IMG/VR virus record: IMGVR_UViG_3300020388_000009
Length of the DNA: 64,000 bases
Reading direction: 5' to 3' (one strand)
Source: a virus
Taxonomy: Duplodnaviria > Caudoviricetes
In this document: positions 51,991 to 62,219 of the stretch, in pieces
Layout of the letters: every line of letters starts with the position of its first letter
Position numbering within the stretch: the stretch's first letter is position 1
Notes under the pieces: generated by a model
The model's input: only the letters and a program-made list of their open reading frames with translations
Databases searched by the model: none
Told to the model about the DNA's origin: nothing
Made by a program: the position numbers and the translations under genes

Positions 51991-52022
51991 TGAATATATC
52001 AAAAATATTTCGTAAGATCAAC
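51991..52022 (-). promoter_or_regulatory. Host-type promoter of primase-Mre11/Rad50 unit (GTTG-N20-TATATTCA)
   Basis: Same 20-nt geometry as the other three host-type promoters. Confidence 0.55.
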
Positions 52023-52425
52023 CTTTTAACCAACTTTCTGGTATACTTTTTTCTGCCCATGGAATTCCATGTTTATCACAAAAATCACCATATGTTGTTT
52101 TTGAACCTTTACGTATTTTTGTACGAGCTGATTGAAATACTATTCGTATATCTAATTCTGGATGTTGTTTTTTAATTAGTAAATGTTTTTTACGGTCTTC
52201 TAAAACCCAACGACCTTTTGTCTCAACTAAAATTCCATTTGGTAAAGTAAAATCAATTGTATAAGTATGTTTTGTTTCTGGTTTGATATATTTTATAACC
52301 GTATCTTCATATCCAAATTTAACTTCTGCTTCATTTAATTGAGCTGATACTCGATGTTCAAATCCACTTCTATAACCGTGTTTAATTGCGTTTGCACGTA
52401 TCTTAGATTTACGTTTCCATGCCAT
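52018..52425 (-). CDS. T7 endonuclease I-like Holliday junction resolvase
   Basis: YRSGFE, HTYT.DFTLPNGILVETKGRW..EDRKKHLLIK.QHPELDIRIVF and KGSKTTYGDFC motifs. Confidence 0.93.
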   Translation of the reverse strand: MAWKRKSKIRANAIKHGYRSGFEHRVSAQLNEAEVKFGYEDTVIKYIKPETKHTYTIDFTLPNGILVETKGRWVLEDRKKHLLIKKQHPELDIRIVFQSARTKIRKGSKTTYGDFCDKHGIPWAEKSIPESWLKG

Positions 52426-52452
52426 AACTTGTTCCTATTTAATATAAATATG

Positions 52453-54150
52453 TTAGTAGTCCCAACGAACGATAAAATTCATATCAATATCATCACGTTT
52501 TTGCACCGGTTGAGCTAATTTTGAAACTGCTAATAATTGAGCTTTATCATTATATAATCCAATTGTAGTAATATATGGATTAACTTGTTTTGATGTAAAC
52601 ATAGTTTTACGTGTATCTCCTGGTAATGCATGCCCTTCTTCTGTTTGAGATAAAATTTTATTTGTAGCAGGCGTGAATGTGGCAGTAGGATTCATCGAAA
52701 CATTGAATTGATCTTTTGGTACACGTACTAGTACTTCATTTTCATATATAGTATGAGTACCTTTATATGAAACATTAAATGTATTACCGAAACCACCGGA
52801 TCCGGTATTATATTTTGACATAGGCGATGAAATTACCATTTCGCCATTACGGTAAAATACATTACCCGCTACATTTGTTTGAAATAATGAACCAGATAAA
52901 TAATGACGATTTGATAGTGAATTAATTTCTGTATTGGATACCGCATAATCATACATACGAATTTCTGCTATATAATTATCATTTGTTATACTTTGACTTC
53001 CAGAAATAAAATTACCTATTATAATATCATCATTATTTGATGTTACACCTATAGGTAATGATCCTGATGTAGTACCTGCAGAATTTCCATTAACAAACAT
53101 TTGACATAATGAAGCTGAATTACGTATACATACATGCTGCCATTCTAAATTCGATGATATATAATTTGCAGCTGATGATGATATATGAAGTTCACGCGTA
53201 CCATCAGATGCATGAAAATGAACAGAGCCTGATAGTCCATTACCTGCAGGCCTAGCAACACCAATTACAAATGGTGTACGTATGTTAGAGTAAGATGATG
53301 TAATACTTGGCATATTAACCGTCTTATCGCGATATTTAGTTAAACTATTTCTTTTATCAATATAAAGTTGTTTACGTACACCACCTTTTGATATAATAGG
53401 TCTATTTTTGACTACTGAATTATATATCCAGAATGATATAGACCAATCATCGTAATAATTAAATTTATTAAATGTTTCCTCATGAGGAACACGTATAAAC
53501 GTTTTATTATTAGTTTTAAATGAATTACCAGAAGTTTGAGTTACACCACCGGTCATATTTATACCAATACCATCTTCTTCTTTAAAATTGCTAGTTTTAT
53601 ATTGTTTTTGTACCGGGCCTTTATTACCAAATTCTTTATTAAATGACATATGAAAAATATTACGGCTAGATGATGCAAAACTAGCTGTTGATATTATGGT
53701 ATCACGTAAATTACCGTAACCATCATCTTGTAATGTATATGAATGTCCATTAGTAAATGTTCCTGTAACTGTACCCGGTTTAATACGTTCACCTACTTCT
53801 AAATATGGCGCAACTAAACATGATGCTGATTCATATAAATGTTTTTCCGTAACAGTTGCGTTAGTTAATTCATTAGATTTAACTGGGTTATACGGATCTC
53901 CATAATACCTATGATCTAAACTATGCCAAATCACATGTTGATTTGTACCATCTAATGAATTGACTGGAAAGGTTTCTGCTGCATGTCCTATATTAATTGG
54001 TAATTTACGATATATACCATTATGATGAACATATCCAGATGATGTAGTAAATGCAGTGCTAGTTATTCGATATGTTTTATATGATTTAAATGCTCGTCGC
54101 TGAAAATCATTTGATCGTATTGGTCTGAAAACACTTGGAATAACTGGCAT
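52453..54150 (-). CDS. Baseplate/tail protein with LamG (concanavalin A-like) domain
   Basis: WSISFWI...WQHVCI....MFVNG...IAEIRMYD.A.S..EI pattern. C-terminal YITTIGLYN....LLAVSKL. Confidence 0.75.
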   Translation of the reverse strand: MPVIPSVFRPIRSNDFQRRAFKSYKTYRITSTAFTTSSGYVHHNGIYRKLPINIGHAAETFPVNSLDGTNQHVIWHSLDHRYYGDPYNPVKSNELTNATVTEKHLYESASCLVAPYLEVGERIKPGTVTGTFTNGHSYTLQDDGYGNLRDTIISTASFASSSRNIFHMSFNKEFGNKGPVQKQYKTSNFKEEDGIGINMTGGVTQTSGNSFKTNNKTFIRVPHEETFNKFNYYDDWSISFWIYNSVVKNRPIISKGGVRKQLYIDKRNSLTKYRDKTVNMPSITSSYSNIRTPFVIGVARPAGNGLSGSVHFHASDGTRELHISSSAANYISSNLEWQHVCIRNSASLCQMFVNGNSAGTTSGSLPIGVTSNNDDIIIGNFISGSQSITNDNYIAEIRMYDYAVSNTEINSLSNRHYLSGSLFQTNVAGNVFYRNGEMVISSPMSKYNTGSGGFGNTFNVSYKGTHTIYENEVLVRVPKDQFNVSMNPTATFTPATNKILSQTEEGHALPGDTRKTMFTSKQVNPYITTIGLYNDKAQLLAVSKLAQPVQKRDDIDMNFIVRWDY

Positions 54151-54168
54151 ATCATATCATTTATTATT

Positions 54169-55506
54169 TTAAAAATCTAATTTTACTTTTATTAACGCTT
54201 CTCTAGTGTAATTTTTCAATAAAGGCTGACTTAATTTAGCGATTGCTAATAACTCTCGTCTATCATTATATAATCCAACTGATGTAATAAAAGTTTGAGG
54301 ATCATTTTTAAATGAATTAAAAGATAATTGACCTAATGATCCAGTAACAAAAGAAGGATTATTGGAATAATTAAATTCAGCATTTTTAGCTCTAACAAAG
54401 TAATATGTTGATTTAACTGCTTCCGCGGAACGAGCCTGAATACCACCAGTAATAGATCCGCCTACTACTCCAGCTGAACTAGAAATTGATGTAAATAATT
54501 TTACAGCATTTTCACCTTGTATTTGAGAACCAGTAACAGTATGGAAATTAACTCCTCCAGATGCATGTACTTTATCTAATTGTCGAGCATCTAATATTGC
54601 AACACCATGTTGTGGATATAATAATCCGTAATTTACAGTATCACCGCTATTTAAATACATACCTGCTCCATCTAATGAACCAGATACTATATTATAAACT
54701 TGACCTGATTCTCCTAAAGTAGCAGATGTTAATGACGAATCATCAATTAATTGTATATATAAATCTTTACCAGCTATTTTTACATGAGATCCAGTATGAG
54801 CAGCATTTGGTACCGATGGTCCTAATGAACCAGATAATTGAGCTAATGTTATTTCAAAATTTCCTGGATCTACTTTTTCTCGCATACGTGCGCGGTTAAA
54901 ATTTAATACATAAATTGAATCTGTATCTGATCCATTAATGGTAAACTTTTTATCATCTGGCCCTAATAATACTTGAGCATATTGTTTATAAATTGCTCTA
55001 GATGGTGTATCATTATTTAAACTACCTGCAGCATCTTTAGACCCAGAACCATTAAAATGTCCATATGCTAAAGATAATTCTACATTTGCAGAAGAATTAG
55101 AAGCAGGATCTCCGGTACTATAAATTTCCTGATAATATGTTTTTTGAATATCTGTTAAATTTGAAGATGTAAACATACTTGTTAAACTTGCAACATTACC
55201 AGCAAATAATCCACGCGTTACAGTTTCAACATTATTAGCTAATACATCATCAACAACATCAAACCGAGTATATATTTTTCCTAATCTAGATGTACGAGCT
55301 TCGGCTTCGCGTTGTGCTATTATTTCATCAGCTAATTCCTGCGCACGTTCTTCTATCGATATACTACTTATTCGAGTAGGAACCGGTGCCTTTTGACGTT
55401 GACGGGTAGGTTCTGGTGAAGTAGCTCGTACCGGAGTTGCTTGCCGAGGTGCTTTATTTGCAGCACGCGCACCTCTAAAATTTGATCTATAAGTTCGTCT
55501 AGCCAT
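54169..55506 (-). CDS. Baseplate/tail structural protein
   Basis: 445 aa. C-terminal FITSVGLYN...ELLAIAKLSQP is paralogous to the downstream gene. Arg-rich N-terminal tail. Confidence 0.7.
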   Translation of the reverse strand: MARRTYRSNFRGARAANKAPRQATPVRATSPEPTRQRQKAPVPTRISSISIEERAQELADEIIAQREAEARTSRLGKIYTRFDVVDDVLANNVETVTRGLFAGNVASLTSMFTSSNLTDIQKTYYQEIYSTGDPASNSSANVELSLAYGHFNGSGSKDAAGSLNNDTPSRAIYKQYAQVLLGPDDKKFTINGSDTDSIYVLNFNRARMREKVDPGNFEITLAQLSGSLGPSVPNAAHTGSHVKIAGKDLYIQLIDDSSLTSATLGESGQVYNIVSGSLDGAGMYLNSGDTVNYGLLYPQHGVAILDARQLDKVHASGGVNFHTVTGSQIQGENAVKLFTSISSSAGVVGGSITGGIQARSAEAVKSTYYFVRAKNAEFNYSNNPSFVTGSLGQLSFNSFKNDPQTFITSVGLYNDRRELLAIAKLSQPLLKNYTREALIKVKLDF

Positions 55507-55518
55507 TTTTATTATCCT

Positions 55519-56199
55519 TTATCTTGTACGAGTACGATTGCCTCTATTTTTAATCGTCGATACGCTTAATTTTTTAACTGTTAAATCAATTGAAACTCTA
55601 CCACCTGTTTCATTTCCAATAATTATTATAGTAGCTGTTTTATTTGAATCAAATTGTTCTTTTGCAATTACTTCAAATTCCATACCTTGTATAGTTACAC
55701 TTTGAGCCGCCTCAGAATCTCCTATAAATTGAGGAACTGATGCCGATGCTCCATCACCGCCAACTGTTTGAGTAGCTCTAATTTCAGCTACATCAGAATC
55801 TGATAATATTGCTGTATAACCAAATTGTCTATTACCACCAGAAAAATTAACCGTATCAGGTTTAATAACAGTAGTTTGGTTAGATTGCAATGTTATAGCT
55901 GTTTGTCCTACAGATACTACCGGTATACGTGCAGTACCTTTTGGTAATGTAACTAATTTATGTTTCATCATCTGTGTTTCATCTGGCAATGCTTCTAACA
56001 TTGGTAAATTTTCTATTGCTGCACCATAAAATGCAGTACCACTAGGATGTTCTGGATTATATAAATCATAATCAATTTCATCATCTGCTAATGCAAATTG
56101 TGTAATTACAAATTCATCACGTCCACGTGCTAACAATTCTCTACCTTTTTTTGTCAGAATTGCATCAATTGTTATTGAACTATTATTTAAATATCCCAT
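55519..56199 (-). CDS. Baseplate/tail structural protein
   Basis: 226 aa. DAILTKKGRELLA...ITQFAL.DDEIDY resembles the N-terminus of tail-collar fibre proteins. Confidence 0.65.
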   Translation of the reverse strand: MGYLNNSSITIDAILTKKGRELLARGRDEFVITQFALADDEIDYDLYNPEHPSGTAFYGAAIENLPMLEALPDETQMMKHKLVTLPKGTARIPVVSVGQTAITLQSNQTTVIKPDTVNFSGGNRQFGYTAILSDSDVAEIRATQTVGGDGASASVPQFIGDSEAAQSVTIQGMEFEVIAKEQFDSNKTATIIIIGNETGGRVSIDLTVKKLSVSTIKNRGNRTRTR

Positions 56200-56250
56200 A
56201 TCTTATCCTACTTTTTAATAAATATGCTTATTGGTAAATTTACCATGCCT

Positions 56251-59200
56251 TTACTCTACACGTAATGTTCCTACACCATCTGGTGGTGGCGTTTCATTAT
56301 AAATTAATTGATTAGGATTAACAGAATACACTTCAATAATTGGTTTAAAATCTAATTGAGGATATATTGATGCTTGGTTAATTCCTGGTCCGGTTATTTT
56401 ACTACCTGCATATTTTTGATTTTCTGGCATTATGAAAACATCATCGCGATATGTTCCTGCCGCAGATGATCTGCTAAAATATTGTCCTACCGATGCACTT
56501 TCAGGTGAACTATAAAAAAATGTTTCAGTTGTGTATATATCACTAGTCCTAGAATTTAAAACAAATCCTTCATTAACAGACCCGGTATGGCTACCAGTTT
56601 GTGAAACTTGTACATTTATTAAATAATTGCTATCAACATAACCATTCGACGCTGTTTGATATATCGATATTCCAGATATTATACTTTCATCAAATGATAT
56701 AGAAGCTTCATAATTAATACTTTCTGCGCTTGAGCTAGGTATTTGTTCTGGTATTAATGCATCATACTGTGGATTGGTAAATTCTGGTTGTCTTACTAAT
56801 CTAACTTTTGCTCTTTCAATTGCATGTGGTTCTACTAATAATCCCATGGCTTCATCTGCTCGTTCTGGTAATAATTGTTTCATTTGATCGAATAAAGCAA
56901 AATCAAATTGACTGAAAATTCTTATAAAAGCATTAACATCATTTCTATCAGTATATTTTTTCCAGTATTCTTTTGAAAAAGAATCTAAATCAGGATAATC
57001 AATTTTAAATTGGTCTTCTGGATTTCCTATAAAATTATCAACATCAACATCACCAGTTTGATTAAAAATATCTTTATTAATTTGATCTGCCATGGAATAG
57101 AATAAACCTATACGGTTTGTATCAATTGGAGCTCTATCAAATCTAGAACGTTCTGCATTTTGTACCGGTGATAAATTATTAATTAATTGGTTATCTTCTA
57201 AACGTATTTTTTGTGATCTAGGTAAACTACCACCGATTGATACACCTTGTATATAATACGTTTCATTAACTGGTACAAAGTTACCACGTATTTCACTGAC
57301 AGGAGTTTGGAATCCGCTAGCGGATGCATATGTATTATTTTGATCTGTAAATGGTGGTGAAAAATCTTGTATTGCTTGATTTGGATGACTCGATGTAAAT
57401 CGATAATTACTAGGAGCTCCAGAACAATCGAATGTTTTTAAATCTGTACCAAAAGGATAATGTCGTATCAATGTATCAAATGATGAAGTAGGAGAAATGC
57501 TAGACACATACGAAGTTGGATTAAATGTATGTAAATCAAAACTAACATCATTTACCACCTCGAGCCAACTTCGGTATTCTTGCATAGAACCAGTAAATGT
57601 ACCAGGAAATATATTTGAATATCTATCATTATTTGTTATAGGATTTCCATTATAAATACTAGCACTATTAATAGGAGCTCCAAATGAAGCTGATAAAGTA
57701 GCTTTAACTGCATACGTATCAATGCCATTAATTTCTCCTCCTAACCGTAATATATGAGAATTTGTTCCATCTGAAGCTGATGCCCACATTTGATGTGTAT
57801 CTACTGATGGTGTTAAATTAATACTAGCTGAATGTACAATTTTATTTGTAATATAATCAGATGCTTGCTGACATCTAACAGTATATGTAGTATCGGTATT
57901 TGAACTAGTATTATATGTATCAATTCCAACACTTAAATTCCAAAGATTACCATCATATACTGGAAAGTAATTTGTCATTGATGCGGATGCTTTACCAGCA
58001 CCAGTCGGCATTACAAAATGTAGTCTTCCATATTTATCACTTCCAGAATATGAACTAGTATATTGCAGCGCTATAGCCCATGATTGAATCGAATCATTAA
58101 TACGATTACTCATTAAAGCCATATTCTGTTTTTTATCTGGACGGAATCTTAATTCATGAGTTAATATTGGAATTTCACCTCTATCAATTCCCCATGTTCC
58201 GATACTACTTGAAACCCAATTATTAGGAATTTCTAAATGTGCATCAGAATCAAAATGTAATGCATATACAAAACGATCTTCGATAATTGCCGGTACATCA
58301 TCTGCAACTTTAGGACCTCCATATTCTCTTATAGAAAGTAAAGTCTGCGGGATACCATATATATTTAATAAAGCTTTTAAAGACCTTGTAGTACCTTTAG
58401 TTTTAAGTATATACGGTAAATTATTAACTATTCTACGCCAAATATCAGTTGTAATTATTTCATCTGATTTAGAAAATAATGATCCAGTACTAGCAAATTG
58501 TCCAGAACCAGATGATACACCTAATTTATACTGCCATAATGCTGAAGCTTGATTACCATCTGATAAATTCCATCCTAATGATTTCGCAACTTGATATAAT
58601 ACATGTTTATTTTGCCCTAATTCTGGATGTTCTTCTGGTTTATATATTTTTGATAAATTATTAATATATGAATATATAATATCATAATGATGTCCTATCA
58701 TATTAACAAATAATTCATATTGAGAATTATTTTCATCTCGCCGTATATGTTCTGGTATTGTTTTTTGTAACGAATTATTATTCTCTGAATCGTATAATGA
58801 AGCTGTAGCAGATACATTTGTATACCAATTGGTTGCCAATGGTGAAGTTGTAGTATGCAAAACATATTTACCATCAGATATATATTTAGGCCATGATGGA
58901 ATACGATATAATTGTGATCCTATACGCCCACCTTCTATTTCATATTCTTCCGATTCATACATTGTTTGATGCGTAAATAAACTAGACGTTGGTTCATGGT
59001 ATAACCATCGTTCGAAACCATCAAATGATCCTATAACATCATTTTTTCTATTAGTATTTATAGCCACATTATTTTGCAATGCAGAAATATCCGATCCAGA
59101 AGTATCGTTTAATATACTAATACGATTATCATAATATTCAATTAATTCTAATTTATATTTAAAATTTGCAACACGTTCTTTAGCAGATGAAAACTGTATA

Positions 59201-59967
59201 AAATTATTAAGTCCGGAATAATCTATCCCTAATTTTACACCTGATAAAGATCCGGAAAACATTTTATCAATAATATTTTGAGATGTAGCTGTATTTGCAT
59301 TTAATAATGAATTCCATGATTCAAAATCTGTTTCTGTAATAGTACCATATGACGTTTCAATATTAAAGTTTGGTCCAAGTAATTCTGTATATGAATCAAA
59401 ACCTTTATCTTCTGAACTTATAGTTATAGTATCATTAAATGTATCTGCAATTTCATCGACAATCCAAGCAGATTGGCCTTCTTCAATGTCTGCCGGTAAC
59501 GGTTCTAATAATCGTATTATTAATTCATCATCAATTACTATTTGATTAATAATTTTTACAAGTTGATCATCACCAAAATTTAATACGGGTTCTGCATCGA
59601 CAGTTAAATTATCAACAAATTCTTGTAACATTCCGTCATGATTTTCAGGATCATCAACTACCACATGTTCAAGTTTTAATTCACGGCGATCTGGAGATAT
59701 CTCTTTAAGGAATATCATTGGGAAATCTACAGAGCCTAATAATGGATTATATATGTTTATATTAACATCAAATTTTCCTCGACGAATATTAAAAGAATTT
59801 AAAACTGCATTATGATTTACAAGAAGTGTTGATGTATCAAATAAATGATTTTCAATAACACCGCCTACAATATACCGAGGAGAATCTCCTGGTGTATAAT
59901 AATGACATTCAACTATGCCATCTTTAATTAAAACATCTTCTATATTATTTATGATATTTTTTGCCAT
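56251..59967 (-). CDS. Baseplate wedge-like protein (gp7/P2 I-like motif)
   Basis: 1238 aa. WRRIVNNLPYILKTKGT.RSLKALL.IYG motif and position next to the gp6-like gene. Confidence 0.65.
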   Translation of the reverse strand: MAKNIINNIEDVLIKDGIVECHYYTPGDSPRYIVGGVIENHLFDTSTLLVNHNAVLNSFNIRRGKFDVNINIYNPLLGSVDFPMIFLKEISPDRRELKLEHVVVDDPENHDGMLQEFVDNLTVDAEPVLNFGDDQLVKIINQIVIDDELIIRLLEPLPADIEEGQSAWIVDEIADTFNDTITISSEDKGFDSYTELLGPNFNIETSYGTITETDFESWNSLLNANTATSQNIIDKMFSGSLSGVKLGIDYSGLNNFIQFSSAKERVANFKYKLELIEYYDNRISILNDTSGSDISALQNNVAINTNRKNDVIGSFDGFERWLYHEPTSSLFTHQTMYESEEYEIEGGRIGSQLYRIPSWPKYISDGKYVLHTTTSPLATNWYTNVSATASLYDSENNNSLQKTIPEHIRRDENNSQYELFVNMIGHHYDIIYSYINNLSKIYKPEEHPELGQNKHVLYQVAKSLGWNLSDGNQASALWQYKLGVSSGSGQFASTGSLFSKSDEIITTDIWRRIVNNLPYILKTKGTTRSLKALLNIYGIPQTLLSIREYGGPKVADDVPAIIEDRFVYALHFDSDAHLEIPNNWVSSSIGTWGIDRGEIPILTHELRFRPDKKQNMALMSNRINDSIQSWAIALQYTSSYSGSDKYGRLHFVMPTGAGKASASMTNYFPVYDGNLWNLSVGIDTYNTSSNTDTTYTVRCQQASDYITNKIVHSASINLTPSVDTHQMWASASDGTNSHILRLGGEINGIDTYAVKATLSASFGAPINSASIYNGNPITNNDRYSNIFPGTFTGSMQEYRSWLEVVNDVSFDLHTFNPTSYVSSISPTSSFDTLIRHYPFGTDLKTFDCSGAPSNYRFTSSHPNQAIQDFSPPFTDQNNTYASASGFQTPVSEIRGNFVPVNETYYIQGVSIGGSLPRSQKIRLEDNQLINNLSPVQNAERSRFDRAPIDTNRIGLFYSMADQINKDIFNQTGDVDVDNFIGNPEDQFKIDYPDLDSFSKEYWKKYTDRNDVNAFIRIFSQFDFALFDQMKQLLPERADEAMGLLVEPHAIERAKVRLVRQPEFTNPQYDALIPEQIPSSSAESINYEASISFDESIISGISIYQTASNGYVDSNYLINVQVSQTGSHTGSVNEGFVLNSRTSDIYTTETFFYSSPESASVGQYFSRSSAAGTYRDDVFIMPENQKYAGSKITGPGINQASIYPQLDFKPIIEVYSVNPNQLIYNETPPPDGVGTLRVE

Positions 59968-61071
59968 TTATCTTCCTAATCGTCTCACGTTTCGAACTTG
60001 AGATACTACACGTTCCGGTAAATTATTACGATCTATGAGTACTGATCTTCTTACATTAGGTTCAGATTGTTGACTAGAATTATTTGATACTAAATCATTC
60101 CAACCAGCATACTCATCATAATACAACTCAGATCCTTCCGGTTCATATGGCTGCATATATTCTAAATCAAATACTTCATTGTTTGTTGTATTAATATATC
60201 GTTGATATCTAGCAACTTGTACATAATCTGTATTACTTATACCACGACGACCTCCTTCATCATATTCATAATGATTGAAATCATTCCAAACTGGCGAACT
60301 TAATCCATCATCTTGTAAATTAGTAATCACCCCTTCATCGATCATTACATTTAATATTGAATTATCATCATACCAGTCTGCTGTTGCATCATAATCTAAT
60401 CCTAAACCATTAATATGATTATAATATTCTAATGTGGTTGACTCTGGAAAAGGCCGCCCGTTCTGTGTAGTTGCATATGCAATAGATCTCCATTCACCGT
60501 AAATCATCATTCTTACAGATTCTACTATAATATCAGCATTAAAATCATTTAATACAATCATTTCGCCTTCATATTGCGCACGAAGTTTTTCTAAATATGT
60601 TTGTTTCTGATATACTTGTTCATCATAATCATTACCATCAATATAATCTCCTGGATCTCTAAAGAATGGAAAAGCCGGCTTATAACCAGATTCAAAACGA
60701 ATAACATTATTATATTCTGATAACCGGGATGCCAATTCATTTAAATCATCATATATAAATTCATCTATATTTGTTTGAATACGTATTGCATTATATGTTA
60801 GTCCACGTTCTACTAACATTACCTCTAACGTTTTATAATCAGGAATTAGTATAGGTTCTATATTACCAGACTTTAAAGCAATCTGAACTTCATTATTAAT
60901 TAATGCATCATGGAAATCGCCAGATAATTTTACATCAGAAATAAATTCATCTGTACTTATATCGGTACCGACTCCAACTATAGTATCAAAAAATTCAAAC
61001 TCTGAATCTAACTTACCTTGTATGCGAGTCTGTACTAATTTATATTCTCTATATTTCGATCGATCTATCAT
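59968..61071 (-). CDS. Hypothetical acidic baseplate-region protein
   Basis: 367 aa, translationally coupled to its neighbours. Confidence 0.7.
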   Translation of the reverse strand: MIDRSKYREYKLVQTRIQGKLDSEFEFFDTIVGVGTDISTDEFISDVKLSGDFHDALINNEVQIALKSGNIEPILIPDYKTLEVMLVERGLTYNAIRIQTNIDEFIYDDLNELASRLSEYNNVIRFESGYKPAFPFFRDPGDYIDGNDYDEQVYQKQTYLEKLRAQYEGEMIVLNDFNADIIVESVRMMIYGEWRSIAYATTQNGRPFPESTTLEYYNHINGLGLDYDATADWYDDNSILNVMIDEGVITNLQDDGLSSPVWNDFNHYEYDEGGRRGISNTDYVQVARYQRYINTTNNEVFDLEYMQPYEPEGSELYYDEYAGWNDLVSNNSSQQSEPNVRRSVLIDRNNLPERVVSQVRNVRRLGR

Positions 61072-62210
61072 TAATTAATAACCTTAAAATAAAAATCGTC
61101 AAATACTTGTATATCATCGCCGCCATCTCTTTCAATCTTTAATTCTATTTGATAATATCGTTCTGGCATAAATGAATCCATTCTTAATTTAAAGAAACTA
61201 CCATTTACATCACAGTCAATTTTAGTTCCTAATACATCATATGAAATAATAGTTTCTTTAGTCTCAGTATCTAAAATTTTATAAAATGATGATGTAGGTA
61301 ATCGTTCTCCAGTTAAATAATATGAGGATGTTACATATGTCTTTGATGGAAATTCTGGACGTACGCCTAATCTAAACTTCGCTATTTCTGATGTTTTATA
61401 TTCTGATTTTATATTTTTAAAATATGGAACATATGAGTCGGATGTGATTTGAGCAGAAGATGTATTTGTAAATAATGTATTATCCCATATTACTTCTAAT
61501 CTTGGTACAAAAATAGTATGCGATTCTCTACCAAAAAATTTAATTGAACCTAACACATCACCAGATAATTCATCATCCTTTGTACGTTTAATTATAAATC
61601 CATGATTAGAAATATTACCTTTAACCCAATTATTTACTATATCAGTTACATCCATACGTATATCAGGTATCTGATTTTCAAATGATTGAGATGCTTCATA
61701 TAATGAACCGGTAATCCATGTACCACCACCTAAATGTTTTTCAGTAGCTGATGGTTGCCAATTATATTGAGCAGACCCCGTTCTCCAATATGTTGCTTGA
61801 TCTTTTGAGTTTCGATAATACCATGATGCACCATTTGTTGTTTTAGGAGTATCATTTTTATATCCATTTCCATTTTCCCATGATTGTGATATTGGAAATG
61901 CTTGTAAATTATATGTTTGTAACAAATCAGAAGCATCTGACGATCTTAAAGATAGATATATAGAAGCAGATGTATTACCGGTACCAATTGGTGGAATTTT
62001 CCCATTAGTAACAGCTGTGGTTAAATTAGTAATTTCCGAACCAAAATCGATTAATATTCTAGAATTATATGTCTTGTTACGAATCTTACCTTCAATTTTA
62101 GAACCAGATACATTTTTTGTTAATTCTAAAATTTGGTCAATACCAGAATTTTGTTCTGGGTACCGTTCGTATAAAGTCGCATCCTTTTCTGCATAAAATA
62201 TTCTATACAT
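61071..62210 (-). CDS. Virion protein with DNRLRE/CBM96-like fold
   Basis: KDATLYE..P..NSG.D.IL...SRILIDF...SWE.G.G....W...MDVTDIV..W......NHGFII....F..RE.....P.LEV pattern. Confidence 0.6.
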   Translation of the reverse strand: MYRIFYAEKDATLYERYPEQNSGIDQILELTKNVSGSKIEGKIRNKTYNSRILIDFGSEITNLTTAVTNGKIPPIGTGNTSASIYLSLRSSDASDLLQTYNLQAFPISQSWENGNGYKNDTPKTTNGASWYYRNSKDQATYWRTGSAQYNWQPSATEKHLGGGTWITGSLYEASQSFENQIPDIRMDVTDIVNNWVKGNISNHGFIIKRTKDDELSGDVLGSIKFFGRESHTIFVPRLEVIWDNTLFTNTSSAQITSDSYVPYFKNIKSEYKTSEIAKFRLGVRPEFPSKTYVTSSYYLTGERLPTSSFYKILDTETKETIISYDVLGTKIDCDVNGSFFKLRMDSFMPERYYQIELKIERDGGDDIQVFDDFYFKVIN

Positions 62211-62219
62211 TTAATCTCC

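Larger units (their letters stand above)
716..56225 (-). promoter_or_regulatory. Dispersed putative late-promoter motif ATATTTA(T) on the coding strand
   Basis: Plus-strand taaatat at 716, 5448, 7878, 24661, 25369, 33020, 34957, 38431, 40901, 47834, 52445 and 56219, each 6-32 nt upstream of a start codon. Variants at 12685 and 29114. Confidence 0.8.

Noticed and set aside
1590-52175. All plus-strand ORFs in the track
   Set aside because: They are short antisense shadows of long minus-strand genes, often mirror the repeats, and show no recognisable motifs.
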